63,969 bases of DNA, filler included, from Trypethelium eluteriae (GCA_051942245.1; 5 parts of 5 records of this genome joined end to end with filler, not necessarily neighbours in it), one strand, 5' to 3'; counted from the first letter of the whole stretch, positions 39,265 through 52,379 are shown. The notes: a model not told the origin generated them from the sequence alone. Numbers and translations: made by a program.

Positions 39265-41569
39265 CAGGCCTGGGGCGACGGAAGGGATTACTCTGTGCAG
39301 CCGGCCAGCATACACGCTGCTTGAGCCAATCCGGGACCGGCCAGTCTGCCCCATTCGCCAAAGAAGGCCCCGGGCCCCAATGATGAATCGCAGATCCCAG
39401 CCGCCCAAGAACGAAACGTTTGGACTTGTGCCGATGCTCAAACTCACTTCTCGCCCTCTTCTCCGTACTCCATATTCATTGCATCTCCTTCCATATTCCA
39501 CCCGGCGAGAGGCAATGCGATTCTGGTGGGCGCGACCCGCGATCGCTTCCGGAAGCGCAGATGCTCGCTCGGCCTGTGCCTCGTTGCCCGAGCCGATCTG
39601 CCACCTTCACCTTTCGCCTTTCTCACTTGGTGACTTCGTGGCCCCAAACGTGGGCGCAAGGGCCCCTGCCTTTTGATCACTGCGCATCAACTAGTCACTG
39701 TGCTGTACAAGAAACCAACTCATTCACACCTTATCTATCATCTCGAACATTCTCGCATCGACTTCTCGTAATCTGCCACATGTCGAACATGTGTGCACCT
39801 CGTGTCTCGGACGCGTGGACGGACTTTTCACGGAGTGCTTTTTGCCACTCGCACTTCCGCTTGTCTTTGTGTTTGGAATGCTGCTTTTACCAACAACCCA
39901 GTGCCATCCTGCATCGTCAGCATTGCTGCCGACCACCGTGAATAGACATCCACTACTGCCTCTGATACATGCACAATGCTTCTTTTCGTTTTCGCCAGTG
40001 TATGACATTCGCAGTGTGTGGGCCTATGGCACTCAACCGCATCTACATACGTCCTGACATTCCCTCATCTAAAGTATCTTAATGTAGGTAGGTACGGAGT
40101 ACACAGACCAGCCTACTCCAGAGTGTTGGAGCTTGCACCACATGCTTTTCAGGCACGGCCTGCATCATATGCAGATGGTTCGGTAGGGTAAATTGTCATT
40201 CTCCGGACTGAACTCTTCTCCGCTTCAATGCAGCATGCAAGTTGCCGCAATCCATCGGGCCATGTCCCCCACTCGTGCCAACTTCGAACTTTCGTCTCGT
40301 ATGAGAAGCTGCTGGACGGAACTCGTTCATAATTCGCCTAATCAGCCGCTTGCTACTTTTTTAGACTGTGCTGGCTGAAGTGAGTCCATCCTTTTGCACC
40401 ACCCTTTCCGTCTCACTCCGAGGACTGTTGCCTGAGGGCTGAGATTCGCATGAAATATTGGCGTGAGACTCTCCATTCATGTTCCATCACAATCACGCCC
40501 GTTGGGACATATTGGCATTTGAGCCATGTCCTGTATTCTTTTACTGACAGGGCGCACTAAATGGGCGTACTAAATGGGCGTATGGGCTGTGTTGGCTCTG
40601 AGCAAGCGGTCTGTAATAGGCTGCGCATAGACCAAAGCGCTTAGTGTTCCGTTCAATAGGATCAAAAAAGTCAACCTGATCGCCTCCATTCGCGACAACA
40701 TCAGCGCCTGGGGGGAAGCGGACGTATACTCCGTACATTTGACTACTATTTGGCAACCTGCAGGCAATCAAGGTCTATTCGCTCAACTCGAAGGTCCGCA
40801 GAAGCTCAAGAATGCAGTCAAATGTTTTGTATGTAGTATTGCAAAGGAGTGGAATCTATTTCTCCTCCCTAGAAGACGGTTGTTGGGAGCTTCTTTAGAC
40901 CCAAAGCCACTTTAGTCGGTGCTTACTCAAATCTGAGTCTATCGTTGTATCGTAAGCGCGTTTCTTTTTGACACGCAGAAAATTAGGCCACTAGCATGCT
41001 ATATGGGTGCGCACCACCAGTTTCACGGCTTATAGGCGCCTAAGGCGTGCCAGCTCCAGCGACGAACTTGTGAGAGCTCAGTCTGGGTCAAAAACGTTAT
41101 GCGATATGGACTGGATGCCCTCCAACTGGTCAAATAGATCGAAGATCTAGCGGAGTACATAATTGCAATATGTTCGAGCTTGCTGCGTTGCATTGGGAAT
41201 CGCTTCTGACTGAAATCTGGTCTGACTAACTTCTGTTAAAATATCATGCTAAGATAAAAGATTATGAACGGTTTATGATGCTAGCATTTCCGCGCTCGTA
41301 TTGAGCACTTCGATGGCAACAATCAAAAACAGACATTTTCCTTTCCAGATGCAGTCACTTTAGGAATGAAAGACAAGGAAAACCCACACGCCTCCCCATT
41401 TTTCACCAATGACACCCGGCAACTCCCAGCGTGCAATCCACGTGCGCTCAAATACTTGAATCCGACGGCCTTGACGCTAAAACAACCACTAAGGGTTCCT
41501 GCTTAAACCGGACGTCCTAAACGAGATGTGGAAATGAGCATAAAGCTTTACGCTCATGATTCTGACGTC

Positions 41570-41870
41570 TTGATGACAGATACTGTTGTCGGAAGCCTCC
41601 GATTCCGGATGGAAAGTACCACGAACTGTTTCAACTTCTTCTCGGTAACACAACACCCGCTCGACTGAGGTGTCGCAGTGACGTAACGCGCATGGCTTTC
41701 TATGTTTGGACTCGATCAGGGCGGATTCGCAAGGGACCCCTCGGCATAATCTGCCCTAATCGAGTCAACGGCTGATGCATAGAAGCTTCCAGTACCCGTC
41801 GAGAAGGTGGAGGCGTGGGGTGGGCAACCATTGTTCGTGGGATCGTAGGCTAGAGTGGTCATCTGAAACA
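41570..41870 (+). ncRNA. Candidate structured non-coding RNA, class unknown
   Basis: Nested complementary segments GATGAC/GTCATC, CCACGAAC/GTTCGTGG, CTTCTCG/CGAGAAG, GCTTTCTATG/CATAGAAGC, GACTCGAT/ATCGAGTC, AGGGCGGATT/AATCTGCCCT; TGATGA near the 5' end and CTGA near the 3' end. Confidence 0.45.
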
Positions 41871-42153
41871 CTGAGTGCATCGAAATAGTTGCGGACCGAA
41901 ATGAGATTGAATTAATGAAAAGTTAAGGGAACAAAGGCAGGAAATAATCTGTTGGGAGGTGGGTGATAAATGTTGCGGTATAATTGCCCAGACTGATGAA
42001 TTGTAGCTTTTTGGTTAGTCTTTCGCTCCATGAGCTCGAAACAGGGAATTTCGCAGGCAATACCAACTAAAGCGTTCGAAAGCTGGGTCCGGCGGTACGA
42101 GATAATGTCTACGCGGAGAAGTCGAGATGGTTCATCTAAATCATGTTGTCGAC

Positions 42154-43772
42154 TCATCTGAACGCAGCTGCTTTTGCGGTTTCGAAGATAGAGCCAACTT
42201 TGGCGGTCAGGAATCTGACGCCATCGTCTTTCTCTTCGAAAAGCTGCTGTGGAGCCCCATTTTCGCACAGGAACTGGACGCATTCTTGATCAGACTCGAA
42301 GCCGAGTTCTTCGGTCAAGAACCTGATCTTGACATCCTGTTTGTATCTGTCTCAATTATTAGCAATCAACTGTAGATAGAGAAATATAGTGGAACTTACG
42401 CTCTGCACATGGTGGCTAGTGCGGCCAGCCGTTCACGGACAACAAACATGTCCATAATATATGCACCCATGTTGGGTGTGTCAAGGTAGAGTTGGAAGAA
42501 CTTGTGGTAATTCCCCAAAGCCAACGAGGATCGTACCTCTAGTGCATGTTTCACTGAGGGCTGCGTCTTGTCTGTAGGGGTTAGGTCGGCGAGTACATCG
42601 TTCATGTCGGTACGACTGCAGGTATAGATGAAATAAAGAATGCGATATGCGAGAAATTCTGCCGGATGTCCTCCAAGTTTCTGCTTATAGAGTGCTCGAA
42701 GCTGCGTCTGACACTGATTATACTCACCCAGATCCCCCTTCTCTAAAGCTATACGTGCATGGATCTCATAGGCCACCACGGTAAAATCGTTCTTGATGTG
42801 TTGTACCGTGAGATCCTGGCGGAGAGACTTGAATTGGTCACAGATGTACGAGTAATTGTTTTCATTCTTCCATTTCATTTTGAGAAGGTCTAAAGTTTTC
42901 CTCAGGACTGGTAAAGGTCGGACGGTCTCAGGCCTGGGGGGCTCAGTCAAACGGAGGTATCCCTTTTCAAGGTCCTGGCAGGTGCCTACAACGGGGCCTT
43001 CCGGAATGTCGGACGCAGGCGTAGCATCGCGTGGCGAGAATGGCGATGGGTGACCGGCTTTGCCGGTCTCGAATCTTTGCCGTCGCTTCTCCAGGGTAGC
43101 CGGTAACTTACTTGATTCATCTAACTTTCCTCCATGGAATTTACGCATCCGTTTCTCCATTCGCTCGGCGGCGGCTTGGTTAGCAAAAGTAATCCGATCT
43201 TCGAAACCGTTCTTCTTGGCAGCTTTACGCCATGGGGGCGTGCTTTCATCGCCATTATCATTCTGAACAGGGTCGGTCTCAAATGACTTCCGCTTCTTGT
43301 TTGAGGTAGTGGCATTAGCGAAAGCATTATGAGTAGCATCCAGATTCAAACTAAGGGAAGCTGTTTCTTGCCACGGCGATCGCTCATGCCGTGGCGATGA
43401 GGAAACCAGCTCTTGCTGGATAATATGTTGTGGAAGGGGGTGATTGTCCCAATCTAACGTGTTCATAATTCCGTGAGTAGAAGCGTCATTAATGATCTCT
43501 TTCAGCTTCTCTTCTATCATTGATTTTTCAATGCCAGAGACGGAATTTTCCTCGGCAAATGCTCGCGATACGTACTCTCGCACGCCATGGGGAAATACAC
43601 CCTTTTGGGGTTTCGGTGGCGGCTGCAGGGATTTAGAACCAACAAAGGCAGTCTCTCGCACGGAGGGTCTCACAGCTGCTTGTGGAGTCGCAAGTGTCCG
43701 CCGTGCAGGCACTGAAGTGTATGCCGGGAATGCTAGTGAATGTAAGCTAGACGAACGGGAATGAGTATTCAT
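42154..43772 (-). CDS. THP3: THP3/LENG8-like SAC3/GANP-domain protein (2 exons)
   Basis: VVGTCQDLEKGYLRLT, YICDQFKSLRQDLTVQHIKN, YEIHARIALEKGDLGEYNQCQTQL; last exon AYKQDVKIRFLTEELGFES..AFR*. Confidence 0.9.
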
Positions 43773-43993
43773 CAGTTCTGACCGTTCATAGTGAGCTGAG
43801 TAGCTGGTTGGGCGGCTGTATACATCAGGTGAGCTTCGCGATTTTAAAAGTTGTCAAAGAAGTCAAGTCAAAGAAAGAAGCGCAGTTCACAAGATGCAGA
43901 GCTGCGACGCGTGGTATTCTTTGATGAGAGTGAAGGGAGGAAGAAATCGGTGTGGGTCTTGAGGCACACAAGCCGGGCGGGCGGGAAAACCGG

Positions 43994-44029
43994 CACGTGA
44001 TGAGCGCCTCACCTGAACATCATCACGTG
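43994..44029. promoter_or_regulatory. Inverted pair of TCACGTG E-boxes in the divergent THP3/VPS36 promoter
   Basis: CACGTGATGA (43994-44003) and TCATCACGTG (44020-44029) form a perfect 10-bp inverted repeat. Confidence 0.5.
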
Positions 44030-44227
44030 GCCGTGATACAGTCAGGTGCAGGTGCCCACCCGCATGGAGACGAAGCAAGAGGATGCTGTGCATTACGCTT
44101 TTTAGTAGTACATTTCAGCACAAAAACCAAAGTGCATCACCGCACCATCAAGCGTATCGATAGGCCCTTCGATGATGAAAGACCGGCTACCTACTAAGGC
44201 ACCGTCAGGATCGCTTCCCATGTCTGA

Positions 44228-46313
44228 ATGTTCTTGCGCCAGATTGACTTGACCACTGCATTACGGCCCTCACTTTCACCTGAGGAGACCCTCCTTTTCG
44301 TTCAAGATGCGGTTGGACTCTATGAAGGGTAACGGACTCCGTCAAATCCTCAATGCTCCACACCCAAGCTGATTCTGCTTGCTCCAAAACTCAGGAAGTT
44401 CAAGCTCCCGAATTGTCAATATGGACATGCCTACTTGACCTCTCATCGTGTTTGCTATGTCGATAATACAGAACCAAGAAAATACTCAGTGGGCATCGAT
44501 CTGAAGGATGTTGACCGTCCAGAATTCTTCGTAATACCACTCTAGCCCATTCTATAATCATTTCCCTGAAAGCTGATGTCATGCATAGGCACGCTTTCTG
44601 AAGTCTTCCCCTAAGATCAGCTTTCATCCCAAAGCAAATAAGCGACAATCTCTATCCTTGAGACCACCTGGACCGGCTGCTGTGCCATCAGGCAGTTCCG
44701 TCTCTTCCTCTCCCATACAAGGGAGCCCACTTCGATCATATGCGGCGTCGCCAGCACCTCCTACCGCAAGAAATGCGACATGGATTTGCCCTATCTGCTC
44801 TTTCTCGAATCCTGTACCAGAAAACTTCGATCCTGCAATAGCGAACGCACACACTCCACTACCATCATGTCTTGCTTGTGGTATCAAACCTCCTCTAGTG
44901 CATGTAATCAAAGCCTCTCTTTCTGGTATTGCGAATCGGGGACCCAGCTTAGAGCCCAAGACACAAAGTTCTTCAACAGCACTAGGATCTGGTGTCAATC
45001 ACTCAGATACCTTCATTCCAAGGCTTGGAGAAGTTTCTCCGGAGCCAAGAGGCAGTGCTTTCCAATGTCCTCGATGTACATTTCAAAATCACCCCTCATT
45101 ACTTGCGTGTGAAATTTGCGGCGCACCTCTCATTACAGCAGCAGACCGACGACTGGATCTGGACACCGCCCGTCCTCGTGATGATTCCCCGGGTCCTTCG
45201 CTGAATGGCCTACATTCAACTGGTGACACTCTCGAAGTGATCAAGCTATCCTTTCGCGCTGGCGGAGAGAAAATCTTCTATGAACGCCTGAAGGGTGCAT
45301 TGCTGCAGCGCAAATGGCTCCTACAGTCTGCACCTCCTATTCCCAAACCTACTTTAGCTGATGCCTCTACTCCAAATCCTTCTGCTAGTTCAGATGGCGT
45401 GTCGCCAGGGCCTGCTCAAAGACAAACACTTGGCATCGCAAGCCTGGAGCGTCGCGGTCTCGAGCAGCGTAAAAACAACGAACTCGTCATCGGCAACGCC
45501 TTTGAAGATCTTGAAGCTCTTATGACTTCGGCCAAAGAAATCATCGCTCTAGCAGAGTCCTTTGCCAATCAAAACCCATCCCTCTCGTCTTCATCCACCA
45601 CCAATCCAAGTGATGCGGAAGCGAATGCGCTCCTGAGCCAATCTGCATCTGCCCTAGGCCTCGTCACGACGAAAGACATGCTCGGCAGTGGCTCCGCATC
45701 CGAGAATCTCTACATAAGTGAGCTAAGCCGCAACCTCGCCGAATTCCTCACCGACGACACCAAGGGTGTGCTTAAGCGTGAGGGTGGCATTATCTCTCTC
45801 GTGGACTTATGGGCTCTGTTCAATCGTGCCCGTGGCGGTGTCGAGCTCGTCTCCCCACGGGACTTTGAGCGTGCGGCTCAGTTGTGGGAGAAGCTTGGCC
45901 TTCCTGTGCGCTTGAGACGCTTCAAGTCTGGTTTGTTGGCTGTCCAGGGCAGTGATCGAACGGATGAGAAAACAACGGCGACTGTACTAGCTTGGTTCAA
46001 GGAGTTCCATCTTGAGCCTCCTGGTGGATACGCAGTGATTGATGACGAGGGGTTCGAGATTAAGTCGAGGGTACCGTGGGACTGGAGGCTCTACGGGAGG
46101 GGTGTGACAGCCCAGGAGACGGCAGAGAGGTTTGGTTGGAGTGTTGGGGTGGCAACAGAGGAGCTGGAAATGTGTGAGGAGAGAGGAGCACTGTGTAGAG
46201 AGCAAGGTATCGACGGGGTTAAATGGTGGGAGAATTGGCTGGTAGGGCCTTCGGTGGGAGATGAGCCTGAGCTCGATAGAATTGTAAGGAATTTGGCGAG
46301 TACTGGTGTATAG
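44228..46313 (+). CDS. VPS36: ESCRT-II subunit Vps36 (GLUE, two NZF zinc fingers, EAP30; 3 exons)
   Basis: MFLRQIDLTTALRP, LTSHRVCYVD, WICPICSFSN, CPRCTFQNHPSLLACEICG, KLSFRAGG, FNRARGGVELVSP. Confidence 0.93.
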
Positions 46314-46939
46314 ACATGGAAGATGAGTGGGCCCATCAATTGAATGGTCCTCGTAATCTATTGGTATATTAATTTCTCGATTGGAAAACTGTACCGAGGA
46401 AATTAAGTGGACGAAAACTTCTCGCAACGCGCCGAGAGAAGATCCGGAAGTCGGGATGAGAGAGCCAAGCCGCACGGGTCAAGATTTACTGGCCTTCTAT
46501 GGACTCTCAACTAACAAGGTGATCGGATCAGGGCCGAACTAGATATGCAAGGCACTAGACTTTCCTACTGTCTAGACGTGTTGAGCTCGGCGGGATGCAC
46601 TTCCAGCTGCAACGCGGGGCGAAGCGAGCTCACCGCTATCTAGGATATGTGGCAGGACCCCTCCAGCTGCCTCCACACAACAATTGCCCACTTTGTTGCA
46701 TACATCCTTTTTCTCTCACTCTCCAATTCTCACTGAACTTACTTTCACTTGTCTACCTTTAGTGCTATAACTTTACTTCTCACAACGTTCTCACCAATCT
46801 TCGGATACAATCTGCAATTTCCGTGGCCTTATATAGCACCTCAAACCCCGCTTCGAGTACCAACTCCACACCTGCTCGGTGACATCACATAATACACATT
46901 TCCTCAATTTACAGTATCTTTCCGCACAAGTTGAACAAA

Positions 46940-48171
46940 ATGAGCGGTCTGAAGGCAATTCACTTTGGCGGCGGTAACATCGGTTAGTTACCGAGATCCC
47001 ATTAATGGGGATCACCTCATGCAATTCACCAATTGCTCACAGTAGGTTAGGTCGTGGCTTTGTTGCCGAATTCCTATCCAACTCCGGATATGAAGTCGTC
47101 TTCATCGATGTTGTGGATTCCCTCATCGAAACTCTTCAAAAGACCCCTTCGTACACCGTCACCGAGATTGGCCCTGACGGTGAAAGCAACTTTGAGATCA
47201 AAAACTTCCGTGCCATCAACAGCAAACACCACGAGAGCGACGTCGTTGATGAGATTGCTACTGCCGACGTCGTAACTTGCGCAGTCGGGCCCAATATTCT
47301 CAAGTTCATCGCCCCAGTAATCGGCAAAGGGATCGAAAAGCGAACGGCGAGCAAGCCATTGTCTGTGATTGCTTGCGAGAATGCGATTGGAGGGACAGAC
47401 ACATTGATGGGCTTCGTCAAGGAGAAATTGAGCGATGAAACCAAGTCAAACTTGCAGGCCAAAGTCCGCGCCGGCAACAGCGCCATCGACCGTATTGTGC
47501 CTTTGCAAGACCCTGATGCGGGGATGAACGTCAAGATTGAGAAGTTCTATGAGTGGTGTGTCGAGAGCAAGCCTTTCGATGGTGTTGGTACGCCACCCAT
47601 TAAGGGCGTCCACTTCGTCGAGGACCTGGAGCCGTATATCGAGCGCAAGCTCTTTACCGTCAACACGTCCCACGCAACAGCGGCCTACCTTGGACACAAC
47701 TTGGGAAAGAAATACATCCACGAGGCCATGGCTGACAAGTTTATTCACGATGCTGTCCAAGAAGCCATTTCAGAAACCGCACACCTCATCGTCAACAAGC
47801 ACGGTATCACTGAAGCTGAGCAAAAGAAATACGTCCAGGACATTGTGACTCGTATCTCAAACCCCACGCTTCAAGACGTTGTCGAGCGCGTAGGTCGTGC
47901 TCCTCTCCGAAAGTTGTCCCGCAAAGAGCGATTCATCGGTCCCGGTGCGCAGTTGGCCGAGAAGGGCGATAAGGTTGGAGGTCTTCTGGTCGGTATTGAA
48001 GCCGCCTTTCGCTTCCAGAACGTTGAGGGCGATGATGAGAGCAAAGAACTTGCGACAATCATGAAGAGCAATGATGCTAAGACGGTTGTGACCAAGGTTT
48101 GTGGTCTTGATGAGAGCCACCCGCTCTTCAGCAAGATCGTGCCAATTGTGGAGAAGGTGCAAAGCGCTTGA
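46940..48171 (+). CDS. mpdA: Mannitol-1-phosphate 5-dehydrogenase (2 exons)
   Basis: [15 protein letters not shown] (intron 46983-47050), [39 protein letters not shown]. Confidence 0.94.
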
Positions 48172-48760
48172 ATGGCCTCTGCTACCTGAATGAGACACTC
48201 ATGAGGAATAGGGAAACGACCTGATGATATGCGAGGAAGCTAAAAATTTCTTAATTAGAGGTCTTGCCGATTGATGAGCCATATAACCGAACGAATATTT
48301 CGGTGGCATAGAAACCATGATGTGCACCACAGATTAGCTTACATAGGAAATCCACAAATGGAACCGTGAACTTGGCAAGCATACCTTAAATATGGCGTAG
48401 GACTTCTCGTAATTGTTCGAGCTTAAGGAGGAACATAATTCAGTCTCAAAAAGTGCCGCTCGTACCTGGATACTTCGAAAATGACGCCATCGGACCCCTG
48501 CCAATCCTTTGCGACTTCGGCTGTGGGGGAATCTGAGAAAGACAGCCTAAACCTCCACACCGCAACCGTTTTGTTCCTGCAGTAAACCCTACCCGAAACA
48601 ATCATGAGTCGGTGACTCATTGTCGTTCTACTAAAATAACGTCCTCGCTCAGATCTGTATCCTTTCACAGTCACGTCGCAACACGGACATAATCTTGGAA
48701 AAGAAGCCGTGGACGACACCCTCGACCGATTTACTTCGCTTCTCCAATTCTCTGAACGCC

Positions 48761-50312
48761 ATGTCAGCTCCAGGCAAAGAAGGCTCTCAAGGGTCTGCCA
48801 ATAGCATTGGCAAAGCTCTGCACTCTCTTGACCTTGACGGTCATCAGCTTCCCCCTTCTCCGGCGCCTTCAAGTCCACGTAATGGAAGGAAATACGCCCT
48901 TGCCACAGAATTAGTCTTCACAGAGACTGGTGATCAACATGGCGCCAGCAGCGTGCCTATATATCAGGTTTGCCTCTACCAGTCTTAGCGAATGATCTCC
49001 CTTCGGACGAAAATGTGTCTATCTACCACCAAAACCTGTCAATGGATCGTTACATTTACAAAGCTGATATATTTCTTGTCCAGTCCGCAACCTTCAAATC
49101 TACCACAGCAAACGCTACGAGTGAATATGATTACTCACGTTCCGGAAATCCAACAAGAACACATCTTGAGCGCCATGTCGCAAAGATCATGAATGCGTCT
49201 CGCGCCCTAGTCACCACTTCCGGCATGGCAGCCATGGACCTCATCTGCCGGCTCCTGCGTCCAGGAGATGAGGTCATCACGGGAGATGATCTCTACGGCG
49301 GCACAAACAGACTGCTGAAGCATTTGAGCACGAACGCGGGGATCGTAGTCCACCACGTGAACACCACAGATGTGGATACGGTAAAGCGAGTCATCTCCAA
49401 CAAAACCGCCATGTGTCTCCTCGAAACACCCACGAACCCCCTTATCAAGATCGTCGACATCCGCGAAATCAGCCGATCAGTCAAAGCGGCGGCGCCGAAT
49501 GCTCTGATCGTTGTTGACAACACCATGCTCTCTCCCTACCTCCAAAACCCGCTCGATCTCGGCGCCGACATCGTCTATGAGAGCGGGACGAAGTACCTCT
49601 CGGGACACCACGACGTCATGGCGGGTGTGGTGGGCGTCAATGATAAGGTGTTAGGAGAGAAGCTCTATTCTATGGTGAATTCGACCGGATGTGGACTCAG
49701 TCCGATGGACTCGTTTCTCCTCATCAGAGGTATCAAGACGCTGGCTGTGCGTATGGAAAAACAGCAGGCGAATGCGGCGCACATTGCCTCGTTCCTCGAA
49801 TCTCATGGATTCCGTGTTCGCTATCCAGGCTTGAGATCTCACCCGCAGTATGATCTTCATTGTAGTATGGCACGTGGTGCTGGTGCTGTCCTGTCCTTTG
49901 AGACGGGCGACGTTGCGCTAAGCCAACGTATCGTGGAGAGTACGAGACTGTGGGGTATCAGTGTATCGTTTGGATGTGTGAACAGTCTGATTAGTATGCC
50001 CTGTCAGATGAGTCATGCAAGCATTGATGCAAAGGTACGGAAGGAGAGAGGTCTGAAAGAGGATGTGATTCGGTTGTGTGTAGGTATTGAAGATGTGGAA
50101 GATCTCACTGAGGATTTGAGCCGCGCTGTGAGTCTTCACCATTTCTTCGCACCCATTGGATAGTGATGCTAATTGAGGTCTAGTTGGTACAAGCTGGTGC
50201 TGTCACAATTACTACAGATGGATTCCATGCAATCGGTGGCGGTCAGACTGTCGGCAATGGAGAGCTGAACGAACAACCTGAGACTAGTGGGAGCAGTGGG
50301 ACAGAGGATTGA
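48761..50312 (+). CDS. STR3: Cystathionine beta-lyase (3 exons)
   Basis: SVPIYQ|SATF, YSRSGNPTR, LETPTNP, VDNTM, PLP lysine motif SGTKYLSGHHD, SVSFGCVNSLISMP, RLCVGIE; last exon LVQAGAV..ED*. Confidence 0.92.
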
Positions 50313-51515
50313 TCTTCTAAAAAATGAAAAAAAAAGAGGAAAATTTTGAAATCACGGTTAGGAGTTTCTGCGTCGGCTCTTTTGCGTGCGCTTTGGTCGC
50401 ATATAGCATGGCATCATGATCCCTTGCAAAAAAGCTGTTCAGAGTCAATTTGATTGGAGATCTAGAGAACGTGATACGAAAGTAATCCCAGTTCGTCAAG
50501 AGATTTTCGTGAGTAAAAGAACCTAGCAGCCTGATCAAACGTAGCTAGTATTGTTGCTCAACGGCAGCCATAATTTCAAAGATTCAACGTCCAAATTTTC
50601 ATTAATTTTTATAACTCCGACACTACTCTTTTCATTCTAAGGCCAATCCCACCAGGCAAGATCCTCTTGCACCCCTGCAATGCCCAGAGGAATGGTTAAG
50701 CTCACGCTCAAAAGTCCTGCTAACACATCCTTAATGAGAGAAACACTTTGATAGACATATTTGCACAGGCAAAGTCGCTTCAGGAACTGTCAAAGCTCCC
50801 TGATATAAGGGTTAGGCTTTAAATAAATGCCACGAAAGAACTCAGTGTGGACACGGAGGGAGCCTAGAAGTGAGAAGGTCGCATTGATGATGCTGATAAT
50901 ATGGCTGGGTATATCAGTGTTGTTGGAATCGATCGAGAATTGGAAAAGGATATTGGAAGAGGGGACAATAATGGTGAAGAGAGTAGGGGTTTGAGCAGAG
51001 CAAATGAGCAGAAGAACACTAAATCCTACCGTAATATCTCCAGGCCGATGGAAATCATAAACATAAAATATTTTAATGGAGATGTAAAGTTTACCAGTCG
51101 TATAAAGAGATATTCAAGGTTTCTATTTTGCCGAGCGAACATGTGAAGTGCCCCAAATGGCCGAGAACCACGTATTCCTAGATTTGAATACTAGAATCGT
51201 GTTATCAAATAAATTTTTGAATTTAATCGACGCTGCTGCACAAAGACTCGAAGCTTTAGGACCTGGAGTAAACAGACGTACGGAGTATCAAAGCACAAAC
51301 CAAACGTGGTGCAGAGTACTCCGTACGACGTAAGTAGAGCTGGGTCTGTGGTAAGCCAATCAGACTACATCCCTACAAACCCCAGGCCACTTTGCCCTTT
51401 CAACAAGACCCTCATCCCTCTTTATCCAGGTTTCGTTTCCAACACAAACTTTTGACCACTTTTCGCCTCGACCCCCATTCCACTCGTACCTCCAATAAGC
51501 CATCGATTTTTCAAC

Positions 51516-52035
51516 ATGGCTCTCGCGACTAAGACGCAGTCGCAAGAGATATTCGCAAAACTGCGATCAAAACCCGCGAATAAGGTGAGCATTGCAGGCG
51601 CTTTCTTCCAATGTCTCACTTCTGACGCTTTTCCAGATATGCTTCGATTGCGGCGCCAAAAATCCCACATGGTCGTCCGTACCGTTTGGGATCTATCTTT
51701 GCCTCGACTGCTCCGCTAACCATCGTAACCTCGGCGTACACATCTCCTTTGTTCGTTCGACAAACCTCGATAGTAAGAAAATATTGGGCTTTCCCCAAAC
51801 ACTAGGCAGCTAATAGTTCTCGCTCAGTATGGCAATGGGATCAACTACGGATCATGAAAGTCGGCGGCAACGAATCGGCAACCAAATACTTCCAATCCCA
51901 CGGGGGCTCTGCCGCTCTTGCCAGCAAAGACCCAAAGCAAAAATACGAGTCCAACGCCGCCAAGAAATACAAAGAGGAACTCAGTCGACGAGTGGCTGCT
52001 GACACCAAGCTGTACGCATCTGTCCCCTGCACCCC
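51516..52035 (+). CDS. GLO3: ADP-ribosylation factor GAP Glo3, partial
   Basis: [55 protein letters not shown]|..MKVGGN; cut by contig end. Confidence 0.9.
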
Positions 52036-52135
52036 NNNNNNNNNNNNNNNNNNNNNNNNNNNNNNNNNNNNNNNNNNNNTTAATTAATTAANNNNNNNNN
52101 NNNNNNNNNNNNNNNNNNNNNNNNNNNNNNNNNNN
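52036..52135. other. Artificial contig linker
   Basis: N44-TTAATTAATTAA-N44. Confidence 0.99.
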
Positions 52136-52238
52136 ATAGCCAACCATGGAATAAATTATGCATATCCAAACTAGTCTGAATTGGATTTGGATAGAATGAA
52201 TAATTGCGTAATTATCCGTAGTTGTGTCCAATCCCCTG
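52136..52238. mobile_element. Probable terminus of a hAT-type DNA transposon
   Basis: Clustered ATCC/TGGAT subterminal words ending in TCCAATCCCCTG (reverse complement starts CAGGGGATTGGA), at a contig edge. Confidence 0.4.
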
Positions 52239-52379
52239 TTAGTTTGGAGGTTAGTTTCCGCACTAAAAAATTCTTCTATCCGACCTTTATACTGTACTAA
52301 AATAGAGTTAAATTCTAAAGCTTTTTATGTTACACCTTCTTCCGGAATTACTGCTGTATGACCCAAAAAAAAGACTTTA

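Noticed and set aside
40556..40581. 13-bp tandem duplication ACTAAATGGGCGT
   Set aside because: Isolated slippage-type duplication with no other signal
39158..41900. Gene-free region as a telomerase RNA locus
   Set aside because: No TAACCCTAA-type template found on either strand; its ORFs also lack recognisable domains
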